From Mytilus californianus (lineage: Eukaryota): a stretch of 64,000 nt of DNA. Every line of letters begins with the position of its first letter. Positions within the stretch are counted from its first letter, which is position 1. Shown in pieces: positions 12,301 to 24,300 of the stretch. The notes beneath the pieces were generated by a model that saw only the letters and a program-made list of their open reading frames with translations, did no database searches and was not told where the DNA came from. The DNA is taken from positions 84,816,001 to 84,880,000 of the forward strand of contig NW_026262723.1 of NCBI RefSeq assembly GCF_021869535.1, read 5' to 3'. The position numbers and the translations under genes are program-made.

Positions 12301-15300
12301 TCTAGGTATGTATGGACCACATGAACCCCATACAACATACTAATGTCAAGGTTATTTACCTGTTCTCCTTCAACACCAAGTATTCTAGGTATGGATGGAC
12401 CACATATGTCAACATCTAATACACCAATCTAAAATGACAAAAACAAACGTATTCAAAACAATGCATAGGAATCTGATGTTCAGTAGTTGTCGTTTTTTGA
12501 TGTGGTTCATAAGTGTTTCTCGTTTCTCGTTTTTTATATAGATTAGACCGTTGGTTTTCCTGTTTGAATGGTTTTACACTAGTAATTTTTGGGGCCCTTT
12601 ATAGCTTGCTGTTTGGTGTGAGCCAAGGCTCCGTGTTGAAGACCGTACTTTGACCTATAATGGTTTACTTTTATAAATTTTGACTTAGATGGAGGGTTGT
12701 CTCATTGGCACTCATACCACATCTTCTTATATCTATTTAAAACAATTTTCATAAATATACATTTTGTTTATGAGGAATTTGGTATATTTTCAATTCTGTC
12801 AGAAGGTGCATTCCAGTTATATACAAGAATGACTAATTTGCTAATCAAAGTATAAGATCGGCCTGAATAGGCATGAAATAATTGCCACTGGACATTAAGC
12901 AAGCAACAATCAAACAAAGTATGAGTGAATTGACCAGGGGAAATAACTTGTATATCAAATATGGATCCATTGAAGCCTGTTGTTCACCGATACCCTCTGC
13001 CATAGAAACAGTTGAATCTTTATATTTGACTCCTACTTTACACCAAAAATTACATAATTCAAAAACAGGATACATAACTACATGTCTGGAAGTGAAGGGC
13101 GGAATGCATATAAGTTTCAGAATACAATGGAATTTTCATAGAGGAATTATGATAAGTGCCATTTTTAAGAAAAGATAATCAAACTGAATATTACTGCCAA
13201 CTTTTTAATATTTTCATTTAGCTCTCTTGCATAAAAATTTAAGAAATGGTATAAGTTTAAGCACTGTCTACCTCAAGAGGTAATTGTAATTGCAAAACAT
13301 AACACTTTTAAAGAGCTGAGAACAGGAGTCATGACACTTCCTATATAACATTAGGGAAATCCATATTTATTGAATTTCTACAAATGGGAAAACTTTCATA
13401 GTTAATTGATGTTTTTTTCTATATTTATATGAATGAAATAGTTGTGATATTGCATTCCATATTTCTTTCATACTTTTTGCCAGTCAATAATTTCAAAGAC
13501 TGTTAGCCCAGTATATAGTTGTGCAATCACATTTCCTGAACTTTTTCATACTTCTTTTTCATTGGACAAAAATGCTTGGAATTTTTGGCATGGTAAGGTA
13601 AAACATTTATAATTCATGAAACTTTAAGTTTCTGTTGTCATTTTCTTCTTTTTTTTTTGCCAGGTGGTGTATTGTTGAATCATTCAGTATGATAAAACTC
13701 TTGATGACTGGTTATACTGATAATAGTAAGCTTGTTCTCCCTTTGATTACAACTATTGCACTCAACTTCAATTCAAGCAATAGTGGTTATCTCATGGAAA
13801 AAAAAGGCTATTTCCTTCATAACTAGTCAATATGTGAATATTGTTGTTCTAAAAGAATAAAACTATATGTTCATTAAAATCCAAGACACTACTGAAAACA
13901 GGCACATAGCATGTAAAACTTGTAAGAGGGAGACAACAAAATACTACCACCATGGAAAGGAATATGAGAAACTGATCCAAGTGCTTGCTATAGAATAGTG
14001 AATGGAAAGGGGAATGTGTCAACCCAACCCAAGAGCAGAAAACAGCCTAAGTCCACCATCTGGTCTTCAACACACCCAGAGGTGGGCTTCATCTGGCCCC
14101 TAAACAATAATGTATACTAGTTTATCAAAATGGACGCCACACTAAACTCTGTAACATCAAAATGAACCAAAATAAAAAAAACACACAAGACTAACAAAGG
14201 CTAGAGGTTCCTGGCTAGGGACAGGGGCAAAAATGCTGTGGGGTTAAACATGTATTGTGGGATCTCAACCCTTCCCCTAAACCTCTAGCCAATGTGGAAT
14301 AAACAAACACACAGCAATACACACAATAAAACTCAGTCTAAACTACTGATTTCTGTATACAAGGTATAATTTGTATATGGCATCTTATTAGCAGGAAATT
14401 TATGTTCTTATTGGCCATAGAACATTTCAACTAAACATTTTCTCTTCCCTCTGCTAATACCTAAACAACAAGACTTTCAATGTGTGGCAAACCTTACAAT
14501 TTATATACATGTTCATGTGTGTTGTAAGTGGAGGTCTTTACGAAGAAACATTCAACCCATTTCTAGTATAAGTTTCCATGGCTACCTGACTGTACCTTAA
14601 TCTACAACTGCCATAGGACTTCATGCAGTCTATAAACTTTCATTAAATCACCCATAAGTTATGTAAATGACAATTGTACATTGCAAACATATTACAGGAC
14701 AACTGTTTAAAAGCTATAAAAACGTATGACCAATTGTGAGCACCTTGTTTGAATAACGGATAAAGGAAACTATAAAATTTTTATTTTTACCTCAGTGAAC
14801 AATTCAAAATATCTTGAATGCAATTATTATTTGGATATGTGTTTATACCTACTTAGTGTTCTGGAACTGATCATCAAAGTTGTTTAAAAGGCCATTTACA
14901 TATCAATATGGACTAACAATTACGGATTTGAAATACTGTCAACATATTGAAGATATTTAATCAATATTTTTGCATTAAATATGGAATACCATAATTATAT
15001 CAAACTAACTCCTACATGATTCAAAACAAAATCTATTTAATATCTGAATGGACTTTATATACTGGATCTAGAAAGTCTACCACTGAAATGGTTTTGAAAT
15101 TATCAATGTTTACATGTAGATGAAAAGTGTGTAAATTGTCCAGTATGAGTTACATAGAGAGGGGGCTTGATAAAGATCACCTGCTTCATTTCCATTTCCA
15201 CAGCGGAGGGGGCATTAATTGTTACCCTTGTCCGTCAGTACATTGGTATGTACGTTCCAATATTAGTTTCCGTTCTCTTTACCTTAGTTTGCCTCAACCA

Positions 15301-18300
15301 AATGTTATGAAACTTATACACAATGCTTATTACCACAAAACCCAGATCAACTTAGAATTTGGGTGGCATCACTTTTACCGTTCTAGAGTTATGCCCCTTT
15401 ACAAATGGAAAATTGCTGAATTTTTCAAAACCGTTCTCTAACTGAAGTTTGCCTCAACCAAATGTTAAGAAACTTATACACAATGCTTATTACAACAAAA
15501 CTCAGATCAATTTCGAATTTGGGTGGCATCGCTTTTATCGTTTTTCGAGTTATGTCCCTTTATCACGTTATATGCAAGCAGGGGAATCATCTGTGTCCCA
15601 TGGACACCGTCTCCATTAATATTTTAAATGAATTACCGTTAAGATTTGTGACATCATTTACGATTTACACATATTTTTTTTTTATCTGGGAGAGGGGTTG
15701 GATAAGGGATATGAAATAACTATTTAACAACACAGAAAAGCATTTCATTCCTGGTTTTTATTGTGACTCTGATATTCACATGCTCTTGAAACCTAAAACA
15801 GAGAACTATCTATTTCTAAGGTCTAATTTATCTCAAATACCTCTGTGTAGATAGTTCTCAGGTCATTCTCATGACAATCATAGTTAAAAAATACTAATAT
15901 CGAGTATAAACCTTCATTGACTATACACGAAAACCACCTACAAATCCTCCCTGTCAAACTGGATGCAGACTACTCATCAGTTACCTCTACAAAATCTTAG
16001 GGAATGACCAAATGTGGGTAAATTCATTGTTTGTTACTCGACATATGCCACAGGTTACAATGTTATTACTCCATCAAGCTTTTAAAAACATAACTGATAC
16101 AAAAGTAAGGAGATGTGGTATGATTGCAATGAGACAACTATTGATGAAAACCCATACCCTATAGTCCGCTATAATAGGTATGACATGATAAAATGTGAAA
16201 CAATTAAAACGAGAAAAAACAATAATCTTATTTATGTCAAAACATTAAACAAACAAAAATATTACAGACAGCACCCAAGACAACTAAGTAATTACAGGCT
16301 CCTGGCTAGGAACAGGCACACAAAGAATATGATGGGGTTCAACATGTTTGTGAGAGCTTAACCCTCCCCCTTACCATGGAGATTGCATAATATTAGGAAT
16401 CAGTCAATTATACAGTAATTGTGAAATATATTGTTGTATATTATGACCACAGTATAACCATCTTGGTAGGTTGGCAAGGGTCATAGATAAATCAGATATA
16501 CAATAGAAAAAGGCAAATATTCCAAACATAACATATATTATCTATATGTCTACCTTAAAAACTTATGCTTTTCTAGTCTGTTGGCGAAAATAGGTCTAAT
16601 TGATAAACCAATTACTACAAGTTTTCATTTCTTTTTTCTTCTCTAGGTCTTGTTTTTGGTTATGATGACGATTTGTGTGGCTGACAAATTAAACTAATAT
16701 TTCTGAGACGACTTTCCCTAATCCTAGTTTCAATACACTTTGTTGTTTCACCATATAAGATCATTAAAACTGATTTACTAGTCTACTGTGTTATATTTAT
16801 AAAAACAGCAATTTTATTGAAATAGGTTTATTGAAATATTTTAAAAAACTAGACAAGAACAAATATAGAGATGGCAATTTTCCTAGTGATATCATTCTCA
16901 AAGAAGGCCGTCAATTAACAGAATGGAATAGAGGTTTATTTCAAAATTAAAATATATTGATAAATATGGTTCAAAGTTACTTTGTGTAGACATCAAATAA
17001 ATCTAAGTCTTTTTATTCAGATCTGTTTACCACAATCCATTATCTCTTTGATCAGCAACACCTATCAATCTACCATACCTTTAATTAACCGACAGGTAAT
17101 ACAATTTGTCTTAAAATATTTGTTTAAATAGGTCGTTATCAAATTATATCAATGTCTATTACAACATCAAGTAGAAAAACAATAACCAAAAAAAGGAACA
17201 ATTCAAACTGATTACATAAAGTCTATTTATTATTTCTGTCTCTACAATATTCAATAATGTATAAAGAGAAAGACCAACAACCAAAAAGCCTGTTTAATTG
17301 TAGCTAATACAGTAGATTAGGTGCCGTAGACTGACATCTGACCTTAAGAAGTATTGTAGCTAATTCAGTAGATTAGGTGCTGGATACTGACATATGACCT
17401 TAAGAAGTAAGGATTAATGTAATATTCAACAAAAGATAAAAATAGATCAATAAATTCTCATATATAATGTTGGGCAACCCTGGTATGACAAATTTTCTGA
17501 TAAGTTTGGCAGTAAAAGGACTGGATTAAGTTTGTTTGGAATGACAAATTCACTTGAAAAAGCTTAACAACACAGAATCACTGTGGGTCAAAGTTACAAT
17601 ATAACAATCAAAATTGATTCATTTAAGGCTCATTCATCAATTTCATTATTCTTCAAACATTAAAAATTATACAGCCAACTGGAACTATAACATAAATTTA
17701 ACAACAGTACAAGTTAAAAAACAGATTTGCAATATAAATTGCAAGATTTGAATATTGTGAAATTTCAAAACTATATTTTCATGAGACTAGAGGCCCACTG
17801 ATTTTAATATGATAGCCTAGCTAAAGAATACCTTGATAAACAAGTCTAGACAAAATCATGTTTGGGTTAGATTATTTCTAAAAAAAAAAAAACAGATATC
17901 ACTAGTATCTTGATTCTGTAAAAAGTGCCAAAAAATTTGATTTCATGATTTTCTGAATACAGCTCAAAATAATATGGAAGGGCTAAGGACTATATTATAG
18001 AGTTTGACTGAAAAAATGATGGATTAAATATTTCACAGTTGATTCTTAAAAATACCATATTTTCTTTTGTCTAATTTGCATAAATGAGCATAATGATAAT
18101 AACTGTATCAATCATTTGAACATTGAAAAAAAAATAAGTGTGACCATACAACACATTCATAAAAATTTGAGTATTAACATTACAAGATAACAAATATTTG
18201 ACCAAATAAAAAATCATTCCTTAAAACATAGTTGTTATATGTAACAAAAGTTACAGACTGAACTAAGTAGGGACAGACCAATGGACAATAAAATAAGAAG

Positions 18301-21300
18301 TGGTATGATTGCCAATGAGATAGCTCTCTACCAGAGACCCAATGACATAGAAGTAGGCAGCTATAGGTCAACGAACGGCCTTCAACAATGAGCAAAAACC
18401 ATACTGCATAGCAAGCTATAAAAGTTTGAACCCACTTCTAAATCGATGCATTTTAACAGAAAAAGGTCAAAAGTGCTGATCAGTATATAAAATAACTCTT
18501 GTTTACTATTATATAAAGAGGACGCTAGCTACCTTGTTATGGGGTTATGATATTATTTGTAAAATAATTAGAAAAAAAATTTATTCTTAAAGGCACCAAT
18601 GACAGGATCTAGTTGTTACAGTTAACAATATTCACTGAGTTCCTAGCCAGAGTATTTTTTCTACGGTATCTGTGTCTAAAAAAGTTTGTATCAGATTTGT
18701 ACCAAATTGCAGTTTCCATTAAAAAAAAAAAAAATGTCCATTTTAACTAAGCATATCTAGCTGGTGATTATTTTCTATACAATTAACTGAAGGGCCATTT
18801 GTTAGGTTATGGAGATAACTGGATTTTTCAATATTAAATGAATAGGAAATGGTTTTATCCAGGAGAAAATTTCAATTAACTGAATTATGCAATTATCAGG
18901 TATGTGATTAAAAGGAGTTGACTGTACTATAATTATACTGATATTTAATAACCAGTAACCATAAAAGAGAGGCAACAGATACCAGAGGGACATTCAAACT
19001 CATAAGTCGAAAATAAACTGACAACGCCATGGCTAAAAAAGAAAAAGACAAACAGACAAACAATAGTACACAAAACACAACATAGAAAACTAAAGACTGA
19101 GCAACACGAACCCCCACCAAAAACTGGGGGTGATCTCATGTGCTCTGGAAGGGCAAGCAGATCCTGCTCCACATGTGGCACCCGTTGTGTTGCTCATGTT
19201 AGTACAAACCAGGTAATATGTCACATTCAGGAAAAGGGGATATATGTGACAGCTTTTACATAATTAATATAAAAGATAATTATAATTTCTCATATAATCT
19301 CATTATACCATTTTACCTTTACCTTATTTTTACACCTCTAGTATGAATTAAGAATGAAAGTCTCTCAAATTAGTTACAGTAATTTCATAAAGAAAAAAAA
19401 AAATGCCACAATTCATTTAGCATCAAATATCCCTAATTAAGATAATAACGCATAATTTGCCTTGACATGTAAAATACTTCATATGTAAAACCATCTTTTT
19501 GTTGAAAAAATTCAATTTCTTAATAAGATGATAAAATAAGAATCAAAGTTAAAATTAGACTGGTGACATCTCTTTTTCTTTTGTGTATCATTGTGTTTCT
19601 ATCTGACAGATGTATACCCTACACTTCCTTCTACACATAATTGTAAAACTTCTCCCCCATCATGAATTTCTACATTTACCCATGATTTGTCACACATACC
19701 TAAAGATAATTTAAACTTTATTTGTTCTGTTCTATTTCATATATAAGTTGAAATGCAAGACAATTTTGAATTATACTTATTCATATCAAATTTCAGAAAA
19801 TTGATCATTATGTTAGTCTGGTAACTGGTAACTGGTACCCTATTATCTTTAATATATAACAATTGATCTTATTTCTCAGCTACCCCATGTAGGTCTATTA
19901 TTTGTATGATTATTTTTCAAATAATTCACCTATCAAAAAATCTTGTAAATGTCAAAATTCTCATTGAAAACAAACTGAAAGTAGAAGGCTTAACAATGAC
20001 AGTTTGATTATAGGTTTAAATAATTAAAAAAGTTCAATTCAGATGAAACATAAAAGTATACAAAGGGGATTAATACCCTTCTTATGAGAAACTTTCAGAG
20101 GTTACCATAACTAAAGGCCATAAACCGTTCAAAGTTCGTGAATAATAAAAAGATTGTACTGAGCGTAATTGTTTTCTGCTAAAAAATTTATGTCTTGGGT
20201 ATTACCAACTGTGATTAATAAAGGTCAAATCAATAAGATACAGGTGTTCTAACCATGTTACTTATACATTAATTAGATATTAATCAGGTCTTTATGATGA
20301 GAATTATCATATAAGTACCATGAACGTGAAATAAATTCCAACATAAAAAATTCATAAAAAATGAAATGAAATAAAATAAAATCAATAAACTTATACTTTT
20401 ATATGTAAACAAGTGTTTATGTTCAATACAGATAGGATTCTGAATTATTTTGATCGATGCTTTGTCATCAAATTCTACCTGTAAGTTCTGCTACTTTATG
20501 TCAGAAGTTTCATCTGCCAAAAACTTCCCAATTGTAAATGGGAGGAGTAAAAAAGCCAGGCCAGTTGGGTACCGGATCCAGAAATAAACAACTTTTTTTT
20601 CAATTTTGCTTCTGACACTATCTCTTACTATAAGGGTCAAATATCAAATATTAGCCAAAGTTGACGTGTACATTTTGAGTAACAAAGCTTAATTCTCTAA
20701 GGCATCAGTTTTTTATTTCAAATTTTTTTTCAATCTGGTTTTATTTTGTTGCAAGGAATTGGTAGGACTTGAAATCAGAGAAAACTTAAATTTTTGTTAG
20801 GTTAATAGACAGACGTAAAATTTAAAATCAGAAACATTATTTACTTTTAAAGAAAGCTATGAGACAACATATGTACATTAGGATCATCAGTTTCAAAACA
20901 AAGTTTCTACCTGACTTTTCAAAACATTTTTACAGTAACTAAAATGATATAAATTTAAACTACTTTGTGCAGAATATTACTGATAAAATTACAAGTACTT
21001 TTAAATAAATAGTAAATTTTCTTCTACACTGTCTGGATTAACCAAACAATTTTTTATGACTGCATGAATAATGAGCATTTAACGGATTTGTTTAAATCAA
21101 TATTTTGGCTGATCAAACCCTTGGTAAAACAGAAACAAATAGTCTAATCTATGAATTATAATCATTTTTTAATTTCACAGTTAATGCACTGTTAGGCGGA
21201 AACAACATAACAATGTGATATAACTTGTTTCGGATCAATTATTGAAGGGTTTCTCTTTTCAACGAATTTCATTCATCTCAGTTTTACATCAAACAAAACC

Positions 21301-24300
21301 ATCAAATGAAAAATGCATTTAGTTTCATCATAAATATTTATATACCATTATTTATAAAGTAAAAGTAGTTGCAGACACGACAAGAAAATAATTAACCAAC
21401 AAATGTATGTTCACACCAAATAAACCTCACTTTAGTACTTAATAACAGTAATCATAAGGTCTTTGGATAATGGAAAATGTCTATCAAAATATAGTTTGGT
21501 CTCCATAAATAGCTCATTACTACAGGGACCATATCAAATTGTTGAGAAAATTTACAGAATCCCAAAATGTATAACAAAGTTTGTAAAGCATGGTCTGAAC
21601 AAGGTTGTATCTCATATAAAATGCCCAGTAAAATTCTCCCGACTTTCATAATCACTGGGCTTATTAAGATTAGAGCATCACACCACAAAAACATTAAGTT
21701 AGCTATCCTCAGTCATGTCTATTGGTCTTAGAAAATAATACCACACATTATTTACTAATCATATAACATAAGGAGATATGGTAAGATTGCAAATGAAACA
21801 ACTATCCAACAGAGTTCTATACTCCTTGGGATGACTTCAACTTCAATTTTATCTAATGTATTTATATGCTTTGGCCAGAGTTTTGTATACCTGTAAATCC
21901 CATTTTCTCTCACTTTATAGTAGACATTATTCTCAGAACAATGGACTGTATATTGTATTCTAATAAACTTTGTCATGACATCAACTATATTGAACAACAT
22001 TAGCTTATTTCATGGAATAAATACAATAGATAATCTACCTGTTGGGACCTAATGCACAAGGACATTGAGCTAAAAATTGTCTGTTTTCCAGCTCTTAATT
22101 TAATTTGCAACATTTAAAATCCAAGATTAATGTCTGCAAAATTTCTAATTAATACAATGTAGAACTTTATCTCTTAATTCTACTTAAATCTTCTGAAATC
22201 TCAAAATCAATATAATTAAAACCTGAATTGTTTAAGATTAACACCCTCAAGATAAGCAAGGTATAATAAGCATTAAATAAATTTGCACATAATTTAATTA
22301 TAAATCCCTCTCTTTTTCATTCAAATGCTAAGAGTTGTTTCTTTGTAAATATTTTAAAATCTAATATGTTCCTATATATAAAATTACTTCTCTAGATATA
22401 AAGGTAATCTTTTGATAATTTCATGACAAAAAATTCCATACAATATGCTATAAATCAATAGAAACTAAATGAAATCATAATCTAGTTTTGTCCTTGTTTA
22501 AATCCTTTAGACGAAAGTACTTTTAAACATATCGAATTAATAAGACAGTTATTTTAACTTAAACAGTTTATAGTTGAATTCAATAATTGAAAACCAAGAC
22601 AATTGAGATAATACAATTTTCTTTAACTAAACAGTTAGTTTAAATATTGAACTTCAAAGAATTGAAATATAAATCGTAACAGAATAACTTTAAATGACCA
22701 GTGAAGCAATCATGTCTGACAATGCTAAATTCAATGTCGCTTTACCTATAGATTAATCTACTAGGGCAACGGCCTTATGGGTAGAATGTTGTCATGGTAC
22801 TAAGTATTGTTGATAGGGTATACCGGACGTAGAAGTTTTAAAGGTAGATTTAGGTGGCTGTCACTTTATACCGTTACATTCACAAGTGGTAAGTTGATTC
22901 TTATTGTTGTTATTATTAATGAAGTGACAAATTTAACTTTCCAATATTCTTTCATTTAATATTCTTGTTAATCAAATGTTCACTTAAAGAGGAATACAAT
23001 TCAACTTCAATCGGACCAGTCCTCTCCATTAGACAATCTCCATTTGCTGATTTTTATACAAGTTAATTGGTCAATTAGAACAATTTTCACCAATAATGAT
23101 ATTGATTATCTTGTTGTCAATAAATCAACAATTGTCTGTTAAAATCTTAACTGATAAAATCAAGTATAAATATTTAAACACACATCTTTTTATTAAGAAG
23201 AGCTTTTACTATTTTATGTACTCAAAGTCCCAATCACGAACAAATGTTTACCAGCAGAAAGCTATTCAAACATTAAGAAGATAATTCTTGATAATTATCA
23301 CTGTTTAAAAGCCACTTAATCCTCACATTATGTGTATTGGAAACTAAGAAGACTGTAAAATGTAGTTTGGCATAGAATGATACAACTGTTCAAAACAATT
23401 TTATCCTTGTTTTGATCATCAATTTTAGTATATTTTTATTTCTCATATGCACACTATCAGGATATTTTGACTTAAAAATATTTTATATCTAACTTTTTAT
23501 CACACTCTACTTAAAAGTTTATAATTTTTCACTTTTACTAGTATTTACTTCCCTAATTCAAATATACACCAATATGTGATATTTGTTCATGCAAAATACA
23601 ATGCTGTACTACATGTATCTGAAGCCATATGCCTTGACTGAGCTTTTTTACCTCTACTTCAGGGTACAACCCATCAAAAAAAGCAACAAAAAAAAATATA
23701 TGTTTTAAAATTCTTAAAAACATCCTTGCGATGGGGTATTTTACAATTATAATTTTGTTTCACAAACATTGTATGTAGAACAAAATTTTAAATTGTTATA
23801 AAACCTTTGGGCAATCCTATTCTGATGAGATTAAAGAGAACTACTACAGCATGTACACAGTACAGCATCAGGGTAGTGTAGTGGGTACCTGACACCTATA
23901 ATTCCCTACAGCTTAGATAAATATAAGACATCCACTGTATTTCTAACCTTCACTCCACTTACCTGTTTTTCATTCCCTGCAGCTAGTCCATGTGCCAGAT
24001 GAGCTGTAAATGTACTTTTCCCCACACCTCCTTTTCCAGATAAAACTATGATTTTATGTTTCACAGATGATAGTCTTTTCTTAATTTCCCCCACATCTAA
24101 ATATAGCATAATGAAATTTACACACAATGAAATAATAAATGCCAGACCAATGTTGATTAAAAGTATTAAAAAGAAAATTTCACTACTTTTGTAAACAAAT
24201 TTTTAAAACTACATGTACATGATGCAAGAAGCATTTAAATGCTCTTTTTTAAGTCATTAATCAAAATCCACAAGAAACATAACAAAAAATAACAGTTTAG

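Noticed and set aside
11756-12359. Mutually exclusive duplicate exons of NUBP1 exon 4
   Set aside because: Units lack the first ~23 nt of the exon and any polypyrimidine/AG acceptor; spacers are only ~37 nt.
12845-13178. 98-aa and 76-aa ORFs
   Set aside because: Start inside a SINE tail, no recognisable motif, intronic.
15960-15990. CTGATGA on the minus strand as a hammerhead core
   Set aside because: No stem II or GAAA follows.
22752-22888. Plus-strand exon-like segment (tatag...GTAAGT) antisense within NUBP1 intron 3
   Set aside because: Stops in all three frames and no partner exons found; cannot be supported without RNA data.
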